Shown: positions 29,210 to 39,033 of the stretch, piece after piece
Position numbering within the stretch: position 1 is the first letter of the stretch
Layout of the letters: the number at the start of each line of letters is the position of its first letter
From: an uncultured Candidatus Saccharibacteria bacterium
Lineage (GTDB): Bacteria > Patescibacteriota > Minisyncoccia > Phycocordibacterales > PALSA-1337
Length of the DNA stretch: 64,000 nucleotides
Assembly: GCA_964481175.1 (NCBI GenBank)
Contig: CAYZSZ010000001.1
Location: 1,602 to 65,601 of the forward strand
Direction of reading: 5' to 3'
Translations under genes and position numbers: made by a program
Notes under the pieces: model-generated
What the model was told of the DNA's origin: nothing
What the model saw: the letters and a program-made list of their open reading frames with translations, nothing else
The model's database searches: none

Positions 29210-30449
29210 TTTTTTAATATTCCTTTTTTCTTTTACGACTGCACACGGTGATACTGTTTCTGATCTAAAACAAAAGATCAGTGATCGAAACGTGACTATC
29301 CAAGCACTCGAAAAAGAAATACAGCAGTATCAGGTCCAAGTCGACAAAACTAACAAAGAAGCAAATACACTCCAAAACACAATAAACTCTTTGGACTTGT
29401 CTCGAAAAAAACTTGAAGCAGAAATAAAACTTACACAAAACAGGATTTCAAATCAAAACTCAGAAATCGAAAGACTCAAAATAAATATAAATGACAAAGA
29501 CGAGCGCATCATACACAGCCGCCGAGTCATCTCTGAAATCCTGAAAAAAGTATACTCATCTGACTCACAGTCACTAGCTGAGACGCTTGTAGGCTACGAG
29601 TCGCTGTCTTCATTTTGGGAATCAGTCGATAATCTTGTATCACTACAAGACAGCGCACGCGATCGCATAAAAGATTTGGCACAACTAAAAGTGAATTTAG
29701 AAAACAACAAAAAAGCAATAGAAAAAAAGAGGGAAGAGCTCGTCGTATTAAAGGCTGACCTTGCTGATCAGAGTTTCGCTCTTTCTGAAACAGCAAAAGA
29801 GAAGGCTGCCCTACTTAAAGAAACAAAAAATATTGAGGCAAACTACAAGGCTTTGATTGCTAACAAAGTTGCTCAAAAAGCTCAGTTCGAAAAAGAACTC
29901 TATGAGTATGAGTCTGCTCTAAAGATCGTTATCGACCCTGCGAGCCTACCGGCAACTGGTTCTGGTGTATTAAAATGGCCGCTTGATAAAGTGATTATCA
30001 CACAATACTTTGGAAACACTGCTTTTGCCACCCAAAACGCTCAGATATACAACGGTAAAGGCCACACAGGTATAGATCTCGGTGCGCCTGTTGGTACACC
30101 CGTTAAAGCGAGCCAGAGCGGTATCGTCACCGGTGTTGGAAATACTGACTTAGTAAGATCATGCTATTCATATGGCAAATGGATTTTTATAAAACATCCA
30201 AATGGCCTCTCGACACTCTATGCACACCTTTCAAACCAACTTGTAACGACTGGACAGACTGTTACAGCTGGTCAAACCATCGGCTATAGTGGAAACACCG
30301 GCTACTCTACTGGTCCGCACCTCCACTTTGGTGTATATGCAACCCAAGGAGTACGTGTGACAACATTTGATAATAGTATAAACTGTAAGGGTGTGCTTAT
30401 TCCTCTCGCAGATCCAAAAGCATACCTAAACCCTCTATCATATCTATGA
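29190..30449 (+). CDS. Coiled-coil M23 peptidase (EnvC/PcsB-like murein hydrolase)
   Basis: Signal peptide, long coiled coil, HTGID, YAHL and STGPHLHF motifs. Confidence 0.9.
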   Translation: MRYLYFSFLIFLFSFTTAHGDTVSDLKQKISDRNVTIQALEKEIQQYQVQVDKTNKEANTLQNTINSLDLSRKKLEAEIKLTQNRISNQNSEIERLKININDKDERIIHSRRVISEILKKVYSSDSQSLAETLVGYESLSSFWESVDNLVSLQDSARDRIKDLAQLKVNLENNKKAIEKKREELVVLKADLADQSFALSETAKEKAALLKETKNIEANYKALIANKVAQKAQFEKELYEYESALKIVIDPASLPATGSGVLKWPLDKVIITQYFGNTAFATQNAQIYNGKGHTGIDLGAPVGTPVKASQSGIVTGVGNTDLVRSCYSYGKWIFIKHPNGLSTLYAHLSNQLVTTGQTVTAGQTIGYSGNTGYSTGPHLHFGVYATQGVRVTTFDNSINCKGVLIPLADPKAYLNPLSYL

Positions 30450-30712
30450 TTAAAACAATTATTTACATTATTATTGGAGTCGTCATTTTGAGCTATTTAG
30501 GAGTCGATATAAAAAGGGCAGTGGAGTCCCCTACAACAAAAGAAAATTTTTCATACGTCACTCAAGCAGGTATATATGTCTGGGATCATGTTTTGGAAAA
30601 GCCAGCGACATACATTTGGAATGAAGTAGTCGTAGATCTGATCTGGGATAGTCTGATAGAAAAGTTAAAGAATAATCCACCAAAGATCGACACAACAACG
30701 CAAACAAAATAA
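30446..30712 (+). CDS. Small membrane protein
   Basis: 88-aa ORF overlapping the previous stop; N-terminal hydrophobic helix. Confidence 0.7.
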   Translation: MIKTIIYIIIGVVILSYLGVDIKRAVESPTTKENFSYVTQAGIYVWDHVLEKPATYIWNEVVVDLIWDSLIEKLKNNPPKIDTTTQTK

Positions 30713-30842
30713 GCAGCCCGGGGCGGAGAACACATTCCAACCCCGGGTTTTGTATATAGAAGTATGTCGTAAAAGATATATTGTACGACATCTACCTATA
30801 GGAAAAGAAGGACCTTAAACAGTCCCTCCCTTTCTTTAACTA

Positions 30843-31121
30843 TTAACTTTTATACATTTCTTCGCTAATCTTTTTTAAATCATTTATAATCTTTTCATCA
30901 GTTATTTTTTGGAATCTATCGAACGTTTTTCCTTCTTTAGTTACTTGTTCAAAAAACATATCGAATGGTCGTAACCAGTATTTTGGTTCTTTTGAAAGGC
31001 TGCGGTATACAATAAACTTTGACTCATCCTCGGTGTGGTATCCTTCCCCAAGCACTTCATATGCGAAATTAGTAAGATCTTTTGGATCGTGTTTGTAGTG
31101 ATAATAAAATTTTGTTTTCAT
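30843..31121 (-). CDS. DUF1653-like protein
   Basis: Y.HYK, YEVLG...HTE...IVYRSL, W.RPFDMF.E.V...G....RF. Confidence 0.8.
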   Translation of the reverse strand: MKTKFYYHYKHDPKDLTNFAYEVLGEGYHTEDESKFIVYRSLSKEPKYWLRPFDMFFEQVTKEGKTFDRFQKITDEKIINDLKKISEEMYKS

Positions 31122-31197
31122 TTATATAGTATATCAAAATACAAACCCCACACATGCTATTTCAATGTGCGGGGGTGTTTTGCTCGAACCAGAGGTA

Positions 31198-31911
31198 TTA
31201 TCTGACCTTGATTCGGTATTCGATAGCAACGTCGACGATTTGAAGACCGTATGCTCGAAGCTTTGCGTCGAGCGGCACAAGCGCTGCACACAACTTTGCT
31301 TTTTCCGTAAGGAACTGTGTGCTATGCACAGGATTACTCGGGTATGATGCCAATGCGGCTTTAATCACCGCATTCTCAGGAGAGTCCTCGATTATTTTTC
31401 GAATCAAAGGCGTCCTGAGATCATCGCGACTGAAAGTCTCGCTTGTGAAAAGATTGTACTCGACCAAGAGCTTGGCTCTCGCCAGCAGGTCAGCACGCGA
31501 GTTTGAGCCCGTATAGGTTATGACCACTATCCAGTCACTGTTGGTTCCACCGACAAAGCCGACAGTTTGCGGATCAAAGATGGATGAAACAGCCACTTGA
31601 TGCAAAGAAAGAGCGCGCCGGCCATCGCTGAAGTTGTTGTTCCAACGTGACTGTGAGATGATGCCCGAGGCAGTTGGTTCGGCCACATACTCGAACTTGC
31701 CGTTCTTGTCGAAGACGGCGTACGTAGCGTTCTGAGACTCGAAGAAAAATGGGCTTGCTACGAGCGCGGCCCCGATCGCAAACACCACCACGGTGACGCA
31801 TCGGTCTTTTTTTCTCTTGAACGCTCCGGGGAGTCCGAGCAAGCTGACACAAAAAAAGACAAACCCAAAGATGACGGCAAGGGCCCAGAGAATCTGAATG
31901 ATTTCCGACAT
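31198..31911 (-). CDS. Hypothetical two-TM protein, GC-rich cassette
   Basis: 237-aa ORF; minus-strand TTGACA-17-TAGTTT near 32028-32000; terminator at 31141-31180. Confidence 0.65.
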   Translation of the reverse strand: MSEIIQILWALAVIFGFVFFCVSLLGLPGAFKRKKDRCVTVVVFAIGAALVASPFFFESQNATYAVFDKNGKFEYVAEPTASGIISQSRWNNNFSDGRRALSLHQVAVSSIFDPQTVGFVGGTNSDWIVVITYTGSNSRADLLARAKLLVEYNLFTSETFSRDDLRTPLIRKIIEDSPENAVIKAALASYPSNPVHSTQFLTEKAKLCAALVPLDAKLRAYGLQIVDVAIEYRIKVR

Positions 31912-32032
31912 ACAAGTTTGATTTGAAGTGACATGCTACAACCTCCCCTCTTCCGAGAGTGTAAAAGCAAACGATTTTAGGTTGTTAAATTCTTTGCATA
32001 AACTACCATCATTATACTAGTATGTCAATGAC

Positions 32033-32066
32033 AAAGAAAACCACCCGATATGGGTGGTTTTCTTTT
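32033..32066. terminator. Bidirectional-type intrinsic terminator
   Basis: AAAGAAAACCACCC-GATAT-GGGTGGTTTTCTTT. Confidence 0.8.
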
Positions 32067-32071
32067 GAGTA

Positions 32072-32521
32072 TTATCTCATTGCTACTTCATAGTTCTTTA
32101 GATTCTTTCCCCAACATTTTGATGAGGCATACCATGGAGCGGCACCGTCTTTGTCATAGATATACTTGGCATATGCCATGTTACCTTCTACTGAGTAAAT
32201 ATCGTATCCGAGCTTCTTAGCTTGATCAAGGTGGAATCGTTCATTGATTTGCATCACCCCAATATCGTTACTATCTTTCAAACCTCGTAAGATTTTCCCT
32301 GAATCAGTAAAGTGGACGAAACCAGATTCACATCGAGCAATTTCCGCGAGGACTGGAGTGTCTGCATAGTACTCACGAACATAGTGTTCAAGAGTCTTAG
32401 GAGACTGAACTTGCTCTATAACAGGAGTTTGATTTTGACTTACAACAACTGACTGTGTCGTGGTCGCTGCTCCGTATACTGATGAGAGAAAGAACACGAA
32501 CCCTGTAGTCATATTTATCAT
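32072..32521 (-). CDS. Secreted lysozyme/lytic-transglycosylase-like protein
   Basis: IARCESG (catalytic Glu), DIGVMQIN, GN..YA..IY...G..PW. Confidence 0.75.
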   Translation of the reverse strand: MINMTTGFVFFLSSVYGAATTTQSVVVSQNQTPVIEQVQSPKTLEHYVREYYADTPVLAEIARCESGFVHFTDSGKILRGLKDSNDIGVMQINERFHLDQAKKLGYDIYSVEGNMAYAKYIYDKDGAAPWYASSKCWGKNLKNYEVAMR

Positions 32522-32592
32522 AAATTTAAAATCGAGTACTAATTGATTCGTACTCGACTACCCCTATATACTAGCACCTTTGGACGTAAAAG

Positions 32593-32877
32593 TCAAGGCT
32601 TTTCGCTCAATCCCCTGCACCCTTTCATAGGCCTCAAACCCCTCTCCGAAGCGTCTATTTTATGGCTCAAAATAAGGATATTCTCACTCTTTATGCGAGG
32701 CATGCCACCGCACCAAGGTAGCCCGAAAACAGCCCCGTTTTTAGAGGCCAAAAACGCAGGAGTAGGGGGTAGGTCCGCCTTCCCTACCCTAGCTTCAGCT
32801 TTGGTTGGGAAATAGGCAAAAACAACCCCTAAACCAGCCAAAAAAGTGATAAAACTGATAGAAATGAGGTACTTCAT
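32593..32877 (-). CDS. Small membrane-anchored protein, possibly a degenerate Ada-type metal-binding-like domain
   Basis: TM + ASKNG..F..PWC....I..EN......A...G.RP...C. Confidence 0.5.
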   Translation of the reverse strand: MKYLISISFITFLAGLGVVFAYFPTKAEARVGKADLPPTPAFLASKNGAVFGLPWCGGMPRIKSENILILSHKIDASERGLRPMKGCRGLSEKP

Positions 32878-32919
32878 TGATTTTTTAAAGGCTATGGTGT
32901 ATAGTATATCAACAAATTT

Positions 32920-33192
32920 ATGGCAACCAAAAAAGCTGCAGGTGCATCGAAAAACGGTAGAGATTCAGGTCCACAATACCTGGGTGTTAAGATTTCTGAT
33001 GGCGACAAAGCAATTGTAGGTCAGATTATTGTTCGACAGCGTGGTACTCGTATCATGCCTGGTAAAAACGTTGGTATGGGAAAGGATCACACTCTCTTTG
33101 CTCTCAAGGACGGAAAGGTAAACTTTTCAACCAAACGAAAGATAAACTTCGACAACACAGTTAGCCGAAAGAATATCGTCCACGTAATCTAA
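32920..33192 (+). CDS. rpmA: 50S ribosomal protein L27
   Basis: [13 protein letters not shown]...[20 protein letters not shown]. Confidence 0.97.
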   Translation: MATKKAAGASKNGRDSGPQYLGVKISDGDKAIVGQIIVRQRGTRIMPGKNVGMGKDHTLFALKDGKVNFSTKRKINFDNTVSRKNIVHVI

Positions 33193-33193
33193 A

Positions 33194-33619
33194 TTACTTT
33201 GACTTAATAGAGAGAGTAAAGGTAGCTGATTTGTCAGCTACTTTTACTTTTATAGTGTGATCACCGACCTCTTTGAGTGGTTTGTCGAGTACGATGTGTT
33301 CTGGTTTGAAACCGACAAGTTCAGCGATCTCTTTTGCGTGCAGCCCAGCAAATAGATGACCCTTATCATTTGTCTTTCCAGTATAGACAACGGTAGTGCC
33401 GTTGAGTGCTGCGAGAGACTTCGCAATCAATTCTTCTTGGACCTTTTTCTCACCTGTCTCACGGGCAATCTCGAGAGCCACTCGCTTTACTGCATCAGGA
33501 GTAGCAGGTATCGCTAGCCGCTGTGGAATAAGAGAGTTTACAGCAAATCCATCAGCTACTTCTTTTGTTTCATAACGCTTCCCTATCTTTGCAACATCTT
33601 TAAGTAATATGATCTTCAT
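33194..33619 (-). CDS. rplI: 50S ribosomal protein L9
   Basis: MKIILLKDVAKIG.....EVADGFA.N.LIP. Confidence 0.95.
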   Translation of the reverse strand: MKIILLKDVAKIGKRYETKEVADGFAVNSLIPQRLAIPATPDAVKRVALEIARETGEKKVQEELIAKSLAALNGTTVVYTGKTNDKGHLFAGLHAKEIAELVGFKPEHIVLDKPLKEVGDHTIKVKVADKSATFTLSIKSK

Positions 33620-33628
33620 ATCCCTATA

Positions 33629-34897
33629 TTAGGGTAATGCGTTCAAAATTTCAACTGCCTTGAGCATCTGTACATCTCTTTTTGCATCTATATCGGCCTG
33701 GGTTACTTTTACCTCTACGTCAGGGTCGAGACCGTTCTTTGAGAGATTGATACCGTTTGGAGTAAGCCATCGAGCGATCGTCACTTTGAGTGAAGTGTCT
33801 GGAGTAATTTTGATGAGCTCCTGGACAGATCCTTTTCCGAAAGTCTTTGTTCCGACGAGGCGAGCTACTCCTTGCTCTTTTAGCGCTCCTGCAAGGATCT
33901 CAGAGGCAGATGCTGATCCACCGTCTACGAGGATGACCATCTGGAGCTTGTCACTAAACACATTGTAGCCCTTGCTGCGATATGCGCGGGGAGCTGAATT
34001 TTTACCAAAGTCCTCAGTCACGATCACTTTTCCTGCTGGGAGGAACCATGAAGCCATATCTACAGCTGCTTCTAGATAACCACCTGGGTTACCACGGAGA
34101 TCGAGTACTAGCTTGTGAGAACCAGACTTTATAAATTCTCGCAAAGCATCACGGAATAGATTTGGTGAGGTAGCGGTAAAGCTAAAGAGTCGGATTACGA
34201 ACACGCCGTCTGCACGAAGCCCTACTGGAGATGGAACGGCTGTTGTACCCTGACCCACAACAGTGCCAGGTTTTACTTCGGTTTCAATAGTAGGCATATT
34301 GATCGTATCTCGGACTATTGTGCGTTCTACTGGAGAAGAAGCTCCTATAGGCACCACGGTAAGGCGTACTTTTGTACCTGCTGGACCACGGATGAGTTTG
34401 ACCGCTTTGTCGACAGACATTTCGTTTGTGACTGTATCGTCAATCTTTACGATACGATCCCCTGTCTTCATGCCTGCCTTTTCTGCAGGACTGCCTTTGA
34501 GAGGAGCGATCACGGTGAGGACATTGTCCTTTTTACCCACTTCCATACCCACACCACCAAAACTACCAGCGATATCGCTTGCAAACATCTCACTTTCTTC
34601 TGGAGGGAAAAAGACAGTGTACGGATCTCCAAGAGAGCTTACAAGTCCCTGCATTGCACCGTATATCTTTTCCTGATTTGGAGTAGAGGTAGCACCCACG
34701 TATTTTTGTTCGAGAGTATTCCAGACTTTCCAAAAAGGAGCAAAGTCTTTGTCAGAAATCGATGCGGTGTCGATTTTTAGAGCTGGTTGTGAGTAGCCTG
34801 AAACAGGACGTGTGTGCTGACCGAGTAAAAAAGAACCTCCTGCTAAAACTACGAGCCCGACGATGATAACAATCTTCTTTTCGAAATGCTGATTCAT
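33629..34897 (-). CDS. S41A C-terminal processing protease (PDZ)
   Basis: DPYTVF, GVGMEV, DLRGNPGG, SASASEI, TFGKGSVQ. Confidence 0.93.
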   Translation of the reverse strand: MNQHFEKKIVIIVGLVVLAGGSFLLGQHTRPVSGYSQPALKIDTASISDKDFAPFWKVWNTLEQKYVGATSTPNQEKIYGAMQGLVSSLGDPYTVFFPPEESEMFASDIAGSFGGVGMEVGKKDNVLTVIAPLKGSPAEKAGMKTGDRIVKIDDTVTNEMSVDKAVKLIRGPAGTKVRLTVVPIGASSPVERTIVRDTINMPTIETEVKPGTVVGQGTTAVPSPVGLRADGVFVIRLFSFTATSPNLFRDALREFIKSGSHKLVLDLRGNPGGYLEAAVDMASWFLPAGKVIVTEDFGKNSAPRAYRSKGYNVFSDKLQMVILVDGGSASASEILAGALKEQGVARLVGTKTFGKGSVQELIKITPDTSLKVTIARWLTPNGINLSKNGLDPDVEVKVTQADIDAKRDVQMLKAVEILNALP

Positions 34898-34968
34898 ATA
34901 CTCCATTATCTCAAACAAAGCACGCAACCGCAATGGAAAAGTCTCTTTTTTCGGTATATACTGTGTCC

Positions 34969-35877
34969 ATGATTCAAAAATACACCTATAAGCGCCTCAC
35001 CTGGATAGATCTCGAGTCCCCAACAAGCGACGAAGTAGCCAAAGTGATGAACGAGTACAAGCTCCACCCCCTCGTCGCCGAAGAGCTTTTACAAAAAAGT
35101 CTAAAACCAAAAGTAGATTTTTATAATGACTATATATATTTGATCCTACATATCCCTGTTCGTACCAAAAACGAAGTAAAAGACCAGGAAGTAGACTTTG
35201 TTATCGGCAAAGATTTTATCATCACCACAAAGTACGACACCGTTGAACCACTCCACAATTTTTCAAAGATGTTCGAAGTAAATTCGATTTTGGACAAAAG
35301 CGGCATCGGCGAACATGCTGGCTTTATCTTTTACCACATGATCAAGCGGCTTTATAAAAACATGGCTCACGAGCTCGATGCTATCCGTGGACAGCTCATC
35401 CAGGCAGAAAAACATATCTTTGCTGGAAATGAAAAAGACATGGTACGTGAGCTTTCAAATCTTTCTCGAGAGCTGATCGACTTCAAACAGTCGACTCGAA
35501 TGCATCACTCTATCCTGGAGGATTTTGCTACTGTCTCACGTGGCTTTTTTGGTGAAAGTTTTGAATACTATACCGAAGATATCCAGTCTGAGTTTACAAA
35601 GGTGCACGATATGATGCTCAACAACAAAGAGCTTGTTACTGATTTGCGAGATACCAACGACTCACTCCTCTCTACAAAGCAGAACGAAACTATGAAGACA
35701 CTCACCATCATGGCTTTTGTCACCTTCCCTCTTTCATTGATTACCGATATTTTCTCTATGCACACTACCCATGCACCGATCCTTGGATCACTATATGATT
35801 TCGAAATAATTCTCGGCATCATGTGTCTCGCTTCGATCATCATGTTTTCAGTATTTAAATACAAAAAATGGCTCTAG
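34969..35877 (+). CDS. CorA-family divalent cation transporter
   Basis: WIDL..PT, LHPL..E, NETMKTLT...PLSLI..IFSMH (GMN variant), KKWL. Confidence 0.85.
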   Translation: MIQKYTYKRLTWIDLESPTSDEVAKVMNEYKLHPLVAEELLQKSLKPKVDFYNDYIYLILHIPVRTKNEVKDQEVDFVIGKDFIITTKYDTVEPLHNFSKMFEVNSILDKSGIGEHAGFIFYHMIKRLYKNMAHELDAIRGQLIQAEKHIFAGNEKDMVRELSNLSRELIDFKQSTRMHHSILEDFATVSRGFFGESFEYYTEDIQSEFTKVHDMMLNNKELVTDLRDTNDSLLSTKQNETMKTLTIMAFVTFPLSLITDIFSMHTTHAPILGSLYDFEIILGIMCLASIIMFSVFKYKKWL

Positions 35878-37211
35878 AACTATACAACTCACTCACAAAG
35901 AAAAAAGAAATATTTACACCACTTGTTCCAGGAAAAGTAGGTATGTATCACTGTGGACCGACAGTCTATGATACCGCTCACATTGGAAACTTTAGAACTT
36001 ACGTGTTCAACGATATTCTTCGACGATCCTTCGAATACCTCGGATACGAAGTAAAACAAGTGATGAATATCACAGATGTCGACGATAAAACAGTGCGAAA
36101 TAGCCAAGCACAAGGAATTCGTCTGGATGTTTTTACGCAAAAATATACTGATCTGTTCTTGTCAGATTTACAAAAATTAAATATCAAAAAACCGCATGTT
36201 CTTCCACTTGCAACTGAGTATATAAAAGAAATGGTAGACATGATCGGCGCACTTATTGAAAAAGACATTGCATACGTATCTGAAGACGGGGTTTACATGA
36301 GTATTGGCTTAGTCAAAGATTACGGCGAACTTGCTGGAATCAAACTCACCGACACTGTGCAATCACGAATAAATAATGATGAGTATGAAAAAGAAAATCC
36401 TCGTGATTTTGCACTGTGGAAGTTCCACGTTGAAAGCGACGGTGAAGTAGTTTGGCCTGCTCCGTTTGGAGATGGGCGACCTGGTTGGCACATCGAGTGT
36501 TCTGCAATGTCCATAAAAAATCTTGGCGAAACGTTAGACGTTCACACTGGAGGAATCGATCTAATGTTCCCTCACCATGTAAATGAGATTGCTCAATCAG
36601 AATCTGCGACTGGAAAGAAATTCGTAAACTACTGGTTACATGGAGCATTCATAAATGTGAACGACACAAAGATGGCAAAATCAAAAGGAAACTTTCTTAA
36701 GATTTCTGATTTAGAAAAAAACCAAATCTCACCGATTGCCTACCGCTATTGGCTTCTCACTTCACACTACCGAACACAGGTAAACTTTACACTCGAAGCA
36801 GTCGAAGCAGGCCAAAATGCCTTTATCCGCCTCGCTCACCATGTTGCAGAATGGGGTACTCCTGGAAAAGTCTCTGCGGACTACAAAAAAATGTTTATCT
36901 CTGCACTCGAAGACGATATCGACATGCCACGAGCCCTAGCCCTCGCACACGAACTCTCTCACGACGAGACACTCTCTGATGCGGACAAGCTCGCTACCCT
37001 TCTTGATTTCGACAAAGTCTTCGGCCTTGGTCTCGAAGCTTTTACAAACATCATCATCCCCGAAGAAATCATCGCATTGGCTGAGGTCCGTGAAGAAGCT
37101 CGAAAAGCAAAAGACTTTGCAAAATCAGATGCGTTACGAAAAGAAATTGAGGACAGAGGTTATATTTTGAAAGACACAGCGGACGGATATAAAGTTGACA
37201 GGAAGATTTAG
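35868..37211 (+). CDS. cysS: Cysteine--tRNA ligase
   Basis: CGPTVY..AHIGN, GRPGWHIECS, HTGG.DL.FPHH, KMAKS. Confidence 0.97.
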   Translation: MALELYNSLTKKKEIFTPLVPGKVGMYHCGPTVYDTAHIGNFRTYVFNDILRRSFEYLGYEVKQVMNITDVDDKTVRNSQAQGIRLDVFTQKYTDLFLSDLQKLNIKKPHVLPLATEYIKEMVDMIGALIEKDIAYVSEDGVYMSIGLVKDYGELAGIKLTDTVQSRINNDEYEKENPRDFALWKFHVESDGEVVWPAPFGDGRPGWHIECSAMSIKNLGETLDVHTGGIDLMFPHHVNEIAQSESATGKKFVNYWLHGAFINVNDTKMAKSKGNFLKISDLEKNQISPIAYRYWLLTSHYRTQVNFTLEAVEAGQNAFIRLAHHVAEWGTPGKVSADYKKMFISALEDDIDMPRALALAHELSHDETLSDADKLATLLDFDKVFGLGLEAFTNIIIPEEIIALAEVREEARKAKDFAKSDALRKEIEDRGYILKDTADGYKVDRKI

Positions 37212-37227
37212 AGGAGTAGTATATTGA

Positions 37228-37506
37228 CTACATCTTGCGAGGTATTATCCCTCTCATCGGCACTATAGCTGGGGGCAAGATATGACAAAATCCGCTTCGG
37301 CGGATTTTGTTTTTTGTAGATTTTTCTAAAAGTAAAAATCTCCTTATTTGGTCGGGTCTACTTCTCTCTTTCCTACCTTTTCTTAAAATGTGATTAAATC
37401 CGGAGTTGGTAAAGTACACGCGTTGATTTAGAACTGCGCAATAGACTGGCTTTAGTGACAAGTAGTATTTCCTGTATTTTTCTAAATTTTCTTCATAGCT
37501 ACTCAT
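37228..37506 (-). pseudogene. C-terminally truncated paralog of ORF 40054..40389
   Basis: Y.SLKPV.C..L...VYF...GF.HIL.K....R...DQIRRF.LL is shared; then the frame runs into the terminator/sRNA antisense. Confidence 0.7.
37229..37316 (+). ncRNA. Putative three-way-junction sRNA, copy 1
   Basis: TTGACA(37195)-16-TAGTAT; P1 ATCTTGC/GCAAGAT; conserved ATCGGCACTATAGCTGG; UUCG terminator hairpin + T tract. Homologous to 40390-40489. Confidence 0.6.
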
Positions 37507-37657
37507 CTCCTCACCATACCAAAACCGTGATGAAATCTTTGTGAAATTTAAAAGCAGTGAGGACCTGCTTCGTTTTAAAAGATGTGCACAGTTTAGACAC
37601 AGGTTTTTCAACTTTGTAAGTATGGTATTGCCAGTACTATGCGTGTAAAATACCTAC

Positions 37658-39031
37658 ATGGCCCAGCAAACATCTCCATACTTTAAAACAAAGGATCTGA
37701 GGATACCCCCTCAGAGTCTTGAGGCAGAACGAGCACTCCTCGGCTCTATCATGCTACGACCCGAAGTCATGTACGACGTTATGGATATCGTCCAAAAGCC
37801 GATGTTTTATTCTGAAAAGCATCGCATCATGTGGAACAACATGGCCGAGCTCCACAACAAAAACACTCCGATCGACCTCCTTTCCCTTTCAAACAAGCTA
37901 AAAGAAAAAAACGAATTAGAGATGATCGGTGGTATGAGCTATCTCACTGAGGTTGTAAACAGCGTACCCTCATCTACAAACGCTGTCTATTACGCTCAGA
38001 TCGTTCAGAAAAAATACATGATGCGACAGCTGATCGAGGCGTCAGAGCATATCGGTAACCTTGGTTTTGATGAGTCAGGTGAGCTCGAAGAAGTTCTCGA
38101 CAAAGCAGAGAAAAAGATTTTCGAAGTTACAAACTATACCGGCGGCGGCAAATTCTCTCATCTTAAAGACGGACTATTCGAAGCAATGGAGCGTATAGAA
38201 AAGTTACACAACACCCAGGGAGAGCTTCGTGGTGTACCTTCTGGTTTTAAAGGTCTCGACAACAAGCTCGCAGGGTTCCAAAAAGCTGACCTCATCATCC
38301 TCGCCGCCCGACCATCAGTCGGAAAGACTTCCCTCGCCCTCGATATTGCTCGAAAGGCAGCGACTCTCCACAAAGTACCTGTAGGTATATTTTCATTGGA
38401 AATGAGTGCGCAGCAGCTCATCGATCGTATGCTCGCCGCAGAGTCACAAGTGGATGCGTGGAAGCTACGCACCGGTCAAAAGCTTACCGAGATGGATTTT
38501 TCACCCCTCAAAGAAGGTATCGACCGCTTGAGCCAGGCACCTATATACATCGATGACACACCTGGAAACAACATCCTCAAAATGCGTTCTGTTGCACGTC
38601 GCCTAAAGAGCGAAAAAGGTCTCGGTCTTATCATCGTTGACTACCTCCAGCTCATGATCCCTACTACTAGCCGTAACTCTGACAACGTCGTACAGCAAGT
38701 AACCGAAATCTCTCACTCATTGAAAAACTTGGCTCGAGAACTAGAGGTACCGGTAATCGCTCTTTCACAGTTGAGCCGTGCCGTAGAGCAGCGTGGTGGT
38801 GAGCCACGACTTTCAGACCTCCGAGACTCTGGATCCATCGAGCAGGACGCAGATGTTGTGCTTTTCATCCACCGAGAAGATCGTTTCAACGAAGACAAGT
38901 CGATCGCCATGAAAGCAAAGATCATCATCGCAAAGCACCGAAACGGTGCAACCGGCGAGATCGCCATGGCATTTGACGGTGACAAAACAACCTTCTTGGA
39001 TGTCGATAAAAACGAGTTTGACGGCTTTTAA
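37658..39031 (+). CDS. dnaB: Replicative helicase DnaB
   Basis: PPQSLEAE, AARPSVGKT, FSLEMS, IVDYLQL, LSQLSR, DLRDSGSIEQDAD; no intein. Confidence 0.98.
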   Translation: MAQQTSPYFKTKDLRIPPQSLEAERALLGSIMLRPEVMYDVMDIVQKPMFYSEKHRIMWNNMAELHNKNTPIDLLSLSNKLKEKNELEMIGGMSYLTEVVNSVPSSTNAVYYAQIVQKKYMMRQLIEASEHIGNLGFDESGELEEVLDKAEKKIFEVTNYTGGGKFSHLKDGLFEAMERIEKLHNTQGELRGVPSGFKGLDNKLAGFQKADLIILAARPSVGKTSLALDIARKAATLHKVPVGIFSLEMSAQQLIDRMLAAESQVDAWKLRTGQKLTEMDFSPLKEGIDRLSQAPIYIDDTPGNNILKMRSVARRLKSEKGLGLIIVDYLQLMIPTTSRNSDNVVQQVTEISHSLKNLARELEVPVIALSQLSRAVEQRGGEPRLSDLRDSGSIEQDADVVLFIHREDRFNEDKSIAMKAKIIIAKHRNGATGEIAMAFDGDKTTFLDVDKNEFDGF

Positions 39032-39033
39032 TT

